A stretch of DNA of 63,942 nt, the filler included, from Trypethelium eluteriae (lineage: Eukaryota), in assembly GCA_051942245.1 (NCBI GenBank). It is 3 parts of 3 records of this genome, joined end to end, with 100 filler letters (N's around TTAATTAATTAA, not from the genome) between each part and the next. Parts side by side here need not be neighbours in the genome. Positions count along the whole stretch, not along the records: positions 22,932 to 45,726 come from JAVECL010000435.1; 2 more parts are not named here. One strand, 5' to 3'. The position numbers and the translations under genes are program-made. Under the pieces are notes generated by a model. It was not told where the DNA came from. It saw nothing but the letters and a program-made list of their open reading frames with translations, and searched no databases. Below are positions 23,678 through 36,166 of the stretch, piece after piece (the stretch's first letter is position 1; each line of letters opens with the position of its first letter).

Positions 23678-25714
23678 TTACAAATCTTCTTGGTTGAATT
23701 GACTGACGAAGTAGGTATTATTGTCCGTGTTGTGGGTGTAGTTGGTCTGCCTGACAATGCCATTTTTCAAGCTTCCGCTCTCAGCAATACCACCAGCAAC
23801 TGGACGTTGCAGTTTGTTGGCACCGGCTTGGACAGTGAAGTTCGCTAGAGAGATTTCGTAGGGGTTTCGTGTGACAATTGTGGGCATGCCAAAGTACTGA
23901 GCATTGAGCTGATCGTGGCTGACTTGAAGTTCAAAATACCCGCGGTAATACAGGTCCTGCCATTGAAGCTCACGGTTGGCGTCGGTGAGCCACCGAGAAT
24001 AATTGTTGGCACTTGAGAGGGAAATGTTCTGACCGTAAGGGCACGGCGAGCTGACCGCTGAGCCAGCAAATTCAACGCCAATAGAACCGGCTCCCGTAGC
24101 ATTGTCGTAGGGATGGTCTTCAAGCCAGACAAGATCAGAGACCCAAGAGGCGTGTGAATCACCGGAAATCATGATATTGTTGCCAATATTGTTGCTGTAC
24201 AAGTGGTTCAGGGTCCTGTTCCGGTTTGACTGATATCCGTCCCAAGCGTCATAATCAAGAGGGTCGACGTTACCATAAGCAACGGATTCGTTGATACGTG
24301 AAAAGACCGTCTGAGAACCGATGATGCGCCATGTCGCACCACGACTAGCGGACGAGCTGAGGGAGTTATAAAACCAGTTCTCTTGACGAGAACCCATCAT
24401 CGATCGGCCGGCATCGGAGGAGATCTGATGGACATAGTGAGTGTTCCAGTAGAGATCAGTAATTGAACGATCATATTGGCGTGTGTCAAGCATGATCAAA
24501 TCAAAAAGTGAACCAATCGAGAATGACCGCCAGATACGAAGGTTGTCATCCATCTCGACTTGGCGGATCGGCATCCATTCAAAATAGGCGCGCACAGCAT
24601 TCATCTTACGCTGATCTACGCTGACGCCACCGTCCTGGACAAACGATTGTTCGGTATTGTTAAGCTCAGAGGAAGCATCCCGGTAGGTATTGTCGGCAAC
24701 TTCATGATCGTCCCAAACAGGAATCCATGGGAAGGTCTCATGACTCAGTTGGAGATCAGGGTCATTGCGGTATGTAGCAAGCCTTGTGCGGTAGTCGTAC
24801 AGTGTATAGATTGTCCTATCAGGCATAGGAATACGATCGATCGTCTGACCATATCCATAATCTCCATTGGCGTACTCGTAGATATAATCACCGAGATGGA
24901 TGACATAGTCCACAGAGTCCTTGCGAGCTGGGTTACCGAAGGCATTGAAATAGCCGAATGCTAGGAATCGTCAAAAATCAAGCTTTCACAGGTTGCCACA
25001 AAAGACTTACGATAGTTGCTGCAAGAGTACACAGCAAGGCCGACACTCGTTACTGCATCGTCTGCATTTGGAGTTGTCTTGGTTCGACCGATCTGGCTGG
25101 CCTTTGTGGAGCCGCAGACCGTAAATTGGTAATAGTAGGTCGTGTACGCCTTCAGACCCGTTGCCTCGACCTACAAAACTATTAGCTGGGAAGCTCGGAG
25201 GGATGTTCGACGTTGGCAGTCTTAAGAAAGACCTTCTCGACAACGTCTAATTCGTCATTTTAAATGGTTTGCGTACCTTGACAGTGTAATCAATATCGGA
25301 ACTGGTGTATGCTTGACCGGATGTCACGACGTTGGTAAAGTTTTGATCCTCTGCAACCTTATACTGTGCGCAAACGGGCCCCGTGGAAACGTTGATGTTG
25401 TCATTGTGATTATACAACGGAACATAGCCGGAGACGGAGGCGTTTGAGGCATCAGAAGCATACATGGGGGCTAGACGCGTCCACAAGATGACTGAGTCAG
25501 GGTACGGGTCACCGGAAGCCACGCCATGAGTGAAATTCAGGTCTGAAGCTCCGTAAGTCGTCGCTGGATTGTTACGCTTGACGACTTTATGGACGGCTAC
25601 ACCCAAGCCCGGGTGATGTTCTGAAGGAGATCGATAGTTGATATTCTTCGCCCAGGAAGCCTCTGCAATAGGCACGGTTGCGGCGAGGGCGCCGAATAGA
25701 TGAAGTAACTGCAT
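23678..25714 (-). CDS. Secreted PhoD-family alkaline phosphatase; exons 25714-25277, 25170-25011, 24960-23678
   Basis: Signal peptide, FTHGVASGDP, SCSNYPFGYF, HLGDYIYEY, WDDHEVADN, LDTRQY, DAWDGY and SGDSH. Confidence 0.94.
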
Positions 25715-25912
25715 GCTGGCTGTGCTGCCTTGTCAACTCAATTGAATGAGTCCCTGCAGGAACAGCTTGTAGAGGCACTTGGAGGAGAAAAGACTGTTGG
25801 CCCAGCGCCTTGCAGGAGGACGGTTTCCAGGGGTGGAGCAGCCATTTTTGTACCTGGGTTCGAAGGTCCAGGCATCGATGCTCGGGCTTGGTGCAGCTCG
25901 CAGCTTGCCCTT

Positions 25913-25920
25913 GCACGTGG
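25913..25920. promoter_or_regulatory. Putative Pho4/NUC-1/PalcA-type E-box (GCACGTGG) upstream of PhoD
   Basis: Extended CACGTG about 200 bp upstream of the phosphatase ATG, with a second copy at 26229-26236. Confidence 0.55.
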
Positions 25921-26228
25921 GATGCAGGCGTTCGGAAAGGTCAAGCATTTGTTGTGGGATTTTTTTGACGTCATGACGTATGGTTCAGGGCGTGCCCAAT
26001 CATCTCGCCCTTATTGCTCGAGCTATCCAATCATACAGCAGTCGCTAGGCAGATGCTCGACAGGTGGCTGAAGTGCCGCATGGGGCTCAGGTTGCGGGTC
26101 TGCGAACGAGTGCTGATCAGGAAGCTCCATGCAATTGAGAGTTTAGGTCAAGCGGGACGAAGAAGACGGTAACGAAGAGGCTTGACGCTTGGTGCTGAGC
26201 TGACAGGAACTGCACCGTTTGCTGCTCT

Positions 26229-26236
26229 CCACGTGC
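26229..26236. promoter_or_regulatory. Second putative Pho4/NUC-1-type E-box (CCACGTGC) upstream of PhoD
   Basis: Reverse complement of the first site, about 520 bp upstream of the ATG. Confidence 0.5.
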
Positions 26237-26969
26237 TTGGCGTTGCGCTTCCTCTTGGCTGCGCCGTTTCCCGCTGATGATGATCAAATCTTAGCCCTCT
26301 TAGCCCGATATGAGGCGCCGGATCGCTTCGGCATGTTCGAGAACTCGTTCTGAATGATCTAGGATACTTCAACATCTGCTCAGTGAGCTGCTCGATGCTT
26401 GGCCTTCCAGATTTTCACTATTGATGTTTTGAAGGCTTGCGGTTGGCCTCTCCGTACAGAGTTCACCCGCAGCCACGGGTTTGGCTCCAGTTTCCGTCCA
26501 GATGGATTGAGGATCTGTCCCCCAGTCAAACACACGGACGATAAGGAGCGGATCCTCACGCTAACCTCTTCACCTCTGGTGTCTTGGTGGACATCGGAGT
26601 TTAGTCCGGTGAGAAATGAAAACTGTTTCCGGATTCTTTCGCCGTGCCTCCGACTCATTCTCACATCAGAGTACCCAGCATGACATGCCCATAATCCATC
26701 GAGGCAGTTACTTAACGAGCACGAATCCAGATGCTCTCAGAGCAAATGCCTGAGATGTCAATTGAATGTCAACCCCTTGACTTCCAAGTGGGTAGAGCCA
26801 TTGCACTCTTTTAAGGCCACTGCTAATCAATGTTAGGGAATTTTATGTCGACTAAGATCTGTTTAAGCAAATCAAGGATCAATTATTTCACCGACGACAC
26901 CTTTGCTAATTGTGTCAAACGCAACACCTTCTAGGACTTCAACTCATTCCACAAGATCAGGACCAGCAT

Positions 26970-28221
26970 CTAAGCAACGCCCTCCAAGTTATTTCTCAGG
27001 CTCTCTTCCAAACTTGTCCACCCAGGCCTCCCCATCTCTTTCAGCAGCTCCTCCGCCCTTCCATTCGGCACCTTGCTCAGGTCTCTCCCTAGTCCCTGAA
27101 CATCATCGGCGAATTTTTTATCCGGAAACATCTTTCTATACATTGCCAAGAAATCATTCCAATTAAACGGCGCGGTAAATGCAAAGATGCGCTCGCCCGC
27201 CGTGTCCTTCCGTGTCAGTGCTGCGACATGCAGGCGTGCGTCGTCTTCCACATCCACCCAGTATTGCGGCGCCAAGCCGAGCACTGCATCGATATTGCCC
27301 TGATAGAGGTTTACTGGAAAAGCGGTTGTAGATGGGTGGCTTTGGTTGGCCACGGATATGACGCGTCCAGTATTCATGTTGGGTAGCACTTGATAGCATG
27401 TCAGTCACCCGATGTCCTTGGTCTTCACGATGGCCGCCATGGAACATACCAGCAGACAGCTCAAAGTTAGGTTTCTCCTTCTTCATAAACTCCCAAAGTT
27501 CGAATTCGGCTTGGGTCTTGCTCGCTGCGTATACCTCGAATGCCCGGCTTTCCTATTGTAATGTAAGTCGTTGAGTTTTCTGTACCTCCTGTGGTTCGGA
27601 ACCCGAAAGACGTTTACCTCGTATGGCGGCGGCTTCCACGCCTGCTTGATCGCGTCTTGATTCCACATGTCCTTGTCTACTACAATCTCTTTGTTCGGCT
27701 GCGGAGTCAGGCATGCTGTTGAGGAGGACGTGTACACGAAACGCTTGACTGAGGGTTCATTTTTCGCAGCACGAGCGCAATTCGTCGCCCCGGCAATGGT
27801 TGGTGGGATCACTTCGTGAGGATTTGCAGAAAACGTCATGACATTCGCTGTGTGCAGAACTCCGACGCAACCTGAGTGGACGGTCAGTTCTTCATTCCAA
27901 TATCGCTCGAAGACAACACAGGATAGATCTCTCCAGTAATGAGGTTCGGCATTTTATTTTACCTTTCACAGCATCGTCGAAAGCACCGTCTGCAGCCATA
28001 TCCTTGACGACGATCTCTTCGAAGCGCCCTGGCCCGTATTGCTTGTCGAAAACGTCCTTTACCCATGCGGCTTTCTTCGTGTCTCGCGCAGTCCCCCTCA
28101 CTCGAAACCCGGCTTTAAGACATTGATCCGCGACATGGCTACCAATGAGGCCGTTTACCCCCGTTACCAAGACGAGTGAGTCCTTGGGAACAATAGAATG
28201 GTCTATTTTGAGAGCGCACAT
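26970..28221 (-). CDS. NADPH-dependent aldehyde reductase II-like extended SDR (Gre2/Ari1 family); exons 28221-27963, 27871-27618, 27552-27450, 27388-26970
   Basis: VLVTGVNGLIGSH, RVRGTAR, VKRFVYTSS, catalytic YAASK and WVDVEDDA; three canonical in-frame introns. Confidence 0.9.
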
Positions 28222-28940
28222 CGTTTGAAGATACGTAGAATAAATTAGGAAGAAGCAAAACTGCACTGGACTTGCGAAGATGAAAATTTCCAGACTATCT
28301 GGGTGTGATGTAATGCAATCACGGCAATAAGAATGCTTTTGTTAGCGCTGTAGTTTCGGCCGGATCTAAGATCTAGGCGCAGGACCGAAGAATCAGGTAT
28401 ACATAAGTAGGGAGGGCAGAGGAGGGGTAGAATTGCGACGTGGGTAAGTCCGAGCCGGAAGCTATTATTCCCGGCTTCAGGGATCTAATCTATAGCGCTA
28501 TAGCATTTACGACTCCACAGTTGATTAGGAATTAGAGATGGGTTGGAAATCGGAAGTAGATTGGAAATTGAAATCGATTAGAAATCCGAGATCGGGTAAG
28601 CCATCTATGAACTGTCCCTGCGCTATGTATGTAATGAAGTCCCACGTCATCAGAGAAAAGTAGAATGTATCACAAATAATCCGAAAGGAAGCGTGGTTGT
28701 GGTCATAAGTCATGCAATAAGGCAAAGTAATCACCCTTTCTGTGTAAACAACCAACATTCTAGCTTCCGTCTTGATGCCCCGACGTGGCTCTGCGAAACT
28801 CCGAGACCGAGTAAATCACTCATCCACCTTCCACGCGTAGCTTCTATCCAGATGATTCAAATATGCCACTTGAACGGTCTCGTCATCCAGAGTCCTGCGC
28901 CAAAAAACCATTGTGTGCAACCAACATGTGACTGAAGAGA

Positions 28941-31900
28941 TCATTCCATATCGTCCGCGATGTTCTCTACCATGCCTTCGCTCTTTGCATCATCATCGTC
29001 ATCTCGTATAGCAGCCGCAGTCTCCAATTTTTTCGCCTTCCGCGGCTTCATCATCTCCCACTGGGAATGCACTAGGTTCCTCCGTCCAGACGACGAAGCT
29101 GCGGACTTCAACTCGACGAGTTCCTTCCCTGCAGTCTGAAACACGAATGAGTAAGATTTGTGACAAACCGCATGCAATGCTGATGCCTTCAGCAAATCCC
29201 ATTCGGTCGGTTCATGAGGACCTTTACGCCTGCATAGCGTGCGTCGCATGTCACGCGAAAGGTGGCTGGGTGTGGTCGGTATGATATTATTTTGGTAAAT
29301 GTTGTGAAATCGTTGAATATGCTCCTCAAATTGCTCAATATTGTCCATATCGAACTTTCGATCCCTCGCGGAATTGAACTCGTTTTTAAGATCGACAAGC
29401 CGTCGAACGAGGTCATCGAGCTCATTCCGTAGGGAGTCGTCACCAAGTCTGGAGTCGTCTTCGGCGTAGCTGCGATATTCCTCGTAGAGCGACGTAAGCT
29501 CTGGGTCGCTGGTCGGTGAATCAGCGAAACGTGCGTCGACTTGTCGTAATGTTTCTTCGATGTGAGGTGCGATAGTTTGAAACACAAGCTTGTCGACGAT
29601 GTGTTGTGGATTGTGTTTGATGGAGGGGTCTATGAGGCTTTGGCCTCTCCTTATAGTCGTCGTATCCATCTTTGCTTTGGTGACTTTTCTGTAGGCGGGT
29701 TCTGGAAGCGACTTGATCCTGATGTCCTTGCAATCGGCCTTGAACCGGCGATAATCCTGAAATGAGTAGGAATATCCATTCTTTGCAGAGTCGATCAAAT
29801 AGTCGTGCATGTCAGCATAGCAAGTCAACCCAGGCGAATCAATCGTATTCTCGGCATAGGAAAGACTCTGATGATCGTTGGTAACGACTCCTAGCAAGTC
29901 GGGCTGACTCCTGAAGTGGAAACTCTGCTTAAGAAACTCTCGTAATGGCTCCGGATCCGCCTCGTTGAGTATGGCGCGAAGAGGAGTCTTGTCGACGCGA
30001 ATCCTATATGACTGGGGACTGGGCACATTGGTTGGTGCCGGAGCATTTTGAAATTCCTGTGTAAGAAGAGGTTCCCAACAGATCCAAAACTGGTGAAACG
30101 TCAGCGTCTACTTTCAAAACAAGCGGAGGTAAGGGTTCTGTACCGTGTCTCCATCATAATCGCCCCCTTGCAACTTATGTGCAAGTGGTATTTGGCCTTT
30201 CCGTGAGAAGATGACCACATCACGAATGTGACTAAGTTCTGGCTTGAAGACCGCGCGAACCTGCAGAGGTTAGACTGAGTCAGGAAACGGCAAGATTCTC
30301 ACTTTTTGTATATCTGAACGTCGCATACAAGGATGCCGGGCCACTAGGACATCCTTTTTATTCAAAAACGAGAGAGTTTGTCCTGACTTCTCGTCATGGA
30401 AATCTTGCGAAAAGGCTAAATGGATCTCGCCTGGCGCAAGGACATCTTTGGGATCCGCGATTCCGATAGCATTAGTTGACAGACCAAGCGGTATGCTCGA
30501 ACCCTGTATGAACTTCCAGCTAAATGTATGAACGAGTCTATACGTTGCTTTTGCAAGACATCGGTTCTGCAATGGTTCAAAGCCACCCTAGCTAATGTCA
30601 GAACGTTCAAAGAACCCTGCGGTGTTTTCATTTGCTACTATACCTCAAGCAAAAAGATCACCTTTTCCCGTAAAGAGAATGGTAGCCCACCCAGCCAAGC
30701 CAAGCCATTGTCCCTATCATTATCTTCGGGCAGTGTATATCGGGCATTTATCCATCTCCGCAGGCTCGTCGGCCCATTGAGTGCTTGGAGTAAATTCTCA
30801 CGTTCGAAATCAAGATGATCCCGAACCTGACGATAGATGCTGTCTATTGAAACACCGCGATCCTGAAGAATTGGAATGAAGGCCAAATTCAAAGTTGAGC
30901 TCGTAAGAGGCTTAGAATATTTGAGTACCTCAAAAGCCAATCTGCGCCTATCACAAGTCTTATCGACCAGGTCGTCGTCATGAGGATGGAATTTGAGCTG
31001 GCTCTGCTTGATTTCAATCCATGTTTTGCGATGTTCTGAAGACGTCGTATCTGTGGGTGCACTTATGTACCACACACCCTTTGCACTACCAATTCGAGCT
31101 TGTATAGCACTGGGCAGTGGGTCGGTCATCTCCATGATCTGCCACATTTTTTGAGCTGCACCTAAGGAAATAGCACCACATCCCTACGGAAGTTAGCGAC
31201 TGCGTTGCCACATGATGCAGCTTTATGCACATACGTCGTCCATGACAAGAGTAGAATCCAGCTTCATCGACCAGTCAAGAGGAGTCGTTGAATTCCATGC
31301 TTTCCGGCGTTCCATCAGGTTTCGTGTCTTCGCGATACCGAATTTGACTGGGCAAGAAAAGAACGGTTTGTATTGTTTTTGAGAACCCTATTGAAGTTGA
31401 GCATCTGTCTTGAAACAAGCGAAGCTGAGCGCCTACCCAGCTCTAAACGTGTATATGCCTTGCAGAAAGGCTGATCAAGATTTTGCTTGATCGGCAAAAA
31501 CCAGTTGATAAGACGATCGAGATCCTGTGCTTCGAATTTTTCGGCGGCCAAAGAGTTCATCAGGTCGTACTTGTTAGGGAGGTGCTGTACGTCATCACCG
31601 TCCGTTGCGAAGAGAATCAGTCTTTGTCCCATTTTGGCATTTGGCTGACGAGCGATCTTCTTGCTTTGCTTCGTCTCAACCATTAACACTCGCCACTTAC
31701 GTCCCAAAAATTCATGCTCACTTGCGAGCCATTGCTTGTAGCGGCCAATGAGGGCCTCCTCCTGGCCCTTAAGGTAACTTAACCCCTCCGGCACTTGCCG
31801 GACAGCGGGCACATTCAGATAAAGAAAACGATCAGTTCGGAAAGCACGTTGGAAGCGACAAGATTTTTCGTTTTGGATTGGTTCAAGTCGCAAATGAAAG

Positions 31901-33447
31901 ATAGAATTGCGCCGCTTGCGGTTGAAGAATAGAGATCCTGTAAGGATTACCTCAGGGGAGCGAGCCTTCGCATTGGCCCAGGCCGTCGAGTCTGTCCGCT
32001 TTGGGAGCTTCTGAGACCCCGCAATAGTTCCAAGATGGGACCATAGAGCGTCGTAATCATCAAAGTTACCGTCATACCCGGCAAGCAATTCCGGGACTGC
32101 GACTGCTGTGTGCTGTGCAACTCTACACACCTCGTATCGTGCGAAGAAATTAGTTGGAGCGATATCTGCTGGTATCTCCTCGCAGAACAGACCATGCTTT
32201 GGCAGATCTCGGACTAGATAGTGCTCAGAAGTCCGAGTACCAGCTTCTGCACTCTGCGAAAGTTGGTGAATGTGAGAGTCTGCGTCTCTAATAACGTCTA
32301 CCACTGCTTCTCCCAGATGCAACTCTTCCATTGGCTGTGAAAGTATCTCGTCGTCTAATTGATCCAGTGTAGTTATATGGCTCGGCTCCAGTTCAATCTC
32401 AGGTTCCGCTACAAAAGAGGTGTTTCCGGTGATTTGCCCATCTTGTGCCTGCGACCAGAAAGAGCCATTCGTGGAGCGAAGAGTTGAAGCTTCAGAGGTG
32501 AAGCTACTATACAGCATCGCCTCTTTACTTCTATTCCTCTTTGCCGACTGTGGCGCAGTCTCGAAGCTCTCCGCCGAAAGCTCATCAGACAATCTCTTTC
32601 GGTCTGCCTTGGTTGGTGATGATACCCGTGTTCGAAATGGGGAGGAGATGCTATGGCGCGCTTTACCTGATTCTTGCAGACCCAATCTCATCTGCCTTTG
32701 TGCCTGAGCCATCAGAGTTGGAGACTCCACGGCATGCTCAGGAGCGGTATCATAGGACCAATCTCCATCTGACAGGGATTCGGGTATGGAATTATCCGTA
32801 CTTTTGACACGTTTATGCTCAATTTGTGGCAAGTCCTTCTGCCTTGATGGGCTGCCTTGTCCTGTAGCCGAGGATGGTAAAGCCGAGAACTGGGGGGCAA
32901 ACCGTCCAGTTGAGTCGCGAATAATATTCCCATGCTTTCTTTCATTGTATATGGTCGGAGGATCTACCTTCACAGAGAGGCCTCCCGGTGAGGTGGAACC
33001 TGCGTCCACTGATGGCGTCTCTGAATCCTTAGGTATTTTAGCTGCATTCAGCCTCTCTTCGACAGAAATTCTCGACGGTACTCGCTCATGTTCCAGCCAG
33101 AACTGATCACGGAGCAATGTCGTAAGATGTTGAAGTCGTCCAGCAACTGTGCCATTCTCGAAGACGCTACCTTCGAAATCGAGGATGACTTTGTCTAGCG
33201 CTGCTTGATTGCTGAAAAAGAGGATCCTGATAATATTATAGCAAGAGTCTCCATCTGTTCGACGGCGTTGGCTGGGCGAGAAGGGGCCGTCGCGCCTATA
33301 TAGTGGGATGTTATATCTTGTGCTCAATGACTCAACGATGTCATTGATCTCTTTATGGGATTTATGTGGTGGAGTACGGGGAACATTGGTCGAAGTACCA
33401 TCAGGAATATTATACAAATTTGGTGCAGAATGAAGTTCCGACGTCAT
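28941..33447 (-). CDS. QDE-1-like cellular RNA-dependent RNA polymerase with one frameshift at ~31277-31280; exons 33447-31437, 31387-31235, 31183-30644, 30587-30303, 30260-30144, 30089-28941
   Basis: SCRFQRAF, FLGRKWR, VMDD/GCGAIS, PSAIQARIGSAKGVW, GIADP, VARHPC and catalytic LQGGDYDGDT/FWICWEP. Exon 2 changes frame internally. Confidence 0.9.
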
Positions 33448-34116
33448 ACGGGTAATTGATGCGACACTATTGGATGTAGTTGCTGTGAGGATGCCTCAGG
33501 TCACGGCTTGCCGGAGCAAATTAGTGGAGAGCGCGTTGACGCGAACCACGGTGGTTGCAACTTAGCGCCGGATGTAGTCTCTAGCGGGCTGACATCGGCA
33601 TGAAGATGCACTAGTCCTATTAGAGTGCTCCATCTCACTTTCTCAGGAGACGAAAAACTACTAGATGAATGGTGGACGGAGTTATACCTTTAGTCACTTG
33701 ATGGAGAGCAGATCTCCCGCATCCCGGGTTGGACGTGACAGATATGCATGGAATGAGTATTATTGGGTAAGAATCCATTCGTCTCCTGCAGCTGTATCTC
33801 ATTTATTTTAGCTTTCCGAAGTCAGTGGGTCCTATTTCACGACGTAGAACTCCCGCGCTTGAGCCCCAGCTTGTTAGCTAGTCGGGATGAGTGGTCCTCT
33901 ATAGACGCTAGCTTAACCGCGGCCTGTTTGGAATGCCTTTATACTCATGAAATCGAGACGATGCGGGGTATCGGGTTACTGAAGAAGTTCGCGCTTTGCC
34001 GCCACCAAGAGTCAAGATAAGCGTCTATGCACATGTGATTCTTCATATATCTATGGTTGAAGGAGTCTTGTTGCCTGCGCAATCTGGGCCCAGGACAAGG
34101 CAGCGGACGGTGTGCC

Positions 34117-35465
34117 ATGGGACGCATGCGATGGCCACCACGCCTTGTTCGCACTGATGTTCTCGGCGAGGTAAAAGACGGTAAGTACCCCATACTGCTT
34201 GGCGGTAGCTTATTGATGATCGCGATTAGTCAGTGGGCGGAAGACTCCACGCGATATTGGCCGCACGGTCTGGCTAGGGGGAAATACGTACTATATTTTT
34301 GGAGATACATTCTGCTTCGATGACAAGGGAGATTTTCTTGGCGCGAGGAACAATACGATCGCCTATGTCCCCGATCCTCTGAACCAACCCACCGCTTCAC
34401 GATATTTAGAAAGTCAGCCTTATGTTTCGTCATACGTGCCTCACACCGAAAGCGAGGAAGCTTATGAAAATGATCCGGAGCACAAGAAGAATAATGACAG
34501 GGTGACGTGTTGGAGTTTTGGAGGCATCATCCAGGATCATCCTGGATCGAAGCACGGCTGGATGTTTTTTGACAAGATGCTTACGGTAAAAATTTGGTCC
34601 TTGCCCGTTGTCAGATCTGTTCTGGCTAACTCGCTGAACTTTAGCATGGGGGTACAGCTGGCCATCACTTTGGTATGGGCGTCTGTAGAGTCAGCGTAGA
34701 GGACGGTCTACACACAAAGGCCGAGAGAATCATGGGCGACAGGATGGTTTTTGGTGTGAGTGATGCTTCTGCTTGGCCTCATCTGCAAATGACTGAGCTT
34801 TCCGACAGGAGGAAGAGCCGCGGTTTGGTAGCATCTCCCATCTCTGTGATGACGATGGTTGGGTATATCTTTTAGGAGGAAAAGAGCCGAATCCACCATT
34901 CGATATGCGGAACTTGTTCGCTCGGATCAGAAGAGATGCTGTCTTCACTCAACGCGAGAACTATGAGTTTTGGGTCAAAGATGGTGAAGGCGGGAAATGG
35001 GCAAAGGACTACTCAGACCTGGACGAACTGAAGAGTCTAGGCGACTTCAATGTACAAGCGCAAGGTGCAATTATCAAGTGTCCAGAACTAGCGCCGGAAG
35101 GCAAGCCATACATGTGGTTCGGCGTCAACAAATTCATGGCAAGCCATTTATACGTTGGTTGTGCTCCGGTCGTTACTGGCCCATGGGACGTTCAAGACCT
35201 CGGGGAGATACCAAAAGATCCTGACTGGGAGAGTGGCCCACGCTACGCACTATATCCGAACCCTCAAGCCTCGAATATGGCTGTGGGCGAAATGCTGTGT
35301 ACCTGGAGTGATGGTGGACAAATGGGGGGTAAAGTTTTAGCCGCGCGATTCTGGTTTGACGCAGTCGGAGGTCCGGATCTACTCCAGTCGCAGGAACAAT
35401 CATCCCAGCAACGAAGTGGATTTAAAGAGGGTCTAAAGAGCAAAATCGAGGGCTTGTTCAAATGA
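34117..35465 (+). CDS. DUF4185-like protein (putative beta-propeller glycosidase); 4 exons, introns ~34181-34229, ~34586-34644, ~34756-34808
   Basis: The spliced reading is VLGEVKD-VSGRKTPRDIGRTVWLGGNTYYIFGDTFC...WSFGG...EPRFGSISH...GWVYLLG...YALYPNP. The RD..G and FGDTF motifs resemble DUF4185; the start codon is uncertain. Confidence 0.68.
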
Positions 35466-36166
35466 TCACTCGATCACTCGTAGGAAATGACAGAAAGTCA
35501 GCTCGGGGCTACGAGGGATAAATCGCTTGAATAGAAGTATAATTGATCAAAGTGTAAGCCCAGCTCGAATGATAATAACCAAGTGATCGCGTGGCTCCGC
35601 CTATGCTCTGTATCTCCGCTGAGAGGGACCCAGAGGGATCGGGAGCTACATGAAGTAAATGCGTAGCCGGCGAGTTAAAACGAACCGATAAAGCCAGATG
35701 CGAACTGAGTGGCATGTTATCCGTCATACTTTCACTAGTAAGATCCTAATTAGTCAATCTGACAAACACCAGAAAGGGTCCGAGTAATCCGGGAAGAGGT
35801 CAATGCCACTGAAATGATCTGATAGTTCAGATTTTTGTTCGTCAGGGATCCGCAGATCAATTGGGTTGATACAAGTAAGTTCATTAGTCTTTCCTTATTC
35901 GCGTCCACCAAAGACAGCGCGAATTATTGCTTAGGAGATAATAATGAACGATGGCCGTGTCTGTTGGCACAGACGGATATTTGTACTTCTCAGTTAATGG
36001 AGGACATCCTTCAGAGATGGAATGGCTAGGAGGAGTTCCACGTGTGAGACCGTGGCCGTTGTCCAGAGCAAGACTACCCGAGGATGGCAGCAAAGTTCTG
36101 CTAGTATAAGGACCGGAGATCAACCAAGATAAGCCGCAAAGCTTTATTCTCATTCAAAATAGTGAG

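Noticed and set aside
30570..30620. Near-duplicate CAGGGT-TCTTTGAAC / TAGGGTGGCTTTGAAC around an RdRP acceptor
   Set aside because: It is short and imperfect, and the upstream AG would give a ~27-nt intron; compatible with chance.
28941..33447. RdRP as an endogenous viral element
   Set aside because: It has spliceosomal introns and the DxDGD motif of cellular RNAi RdRPs, not a viral GDD palm domain.
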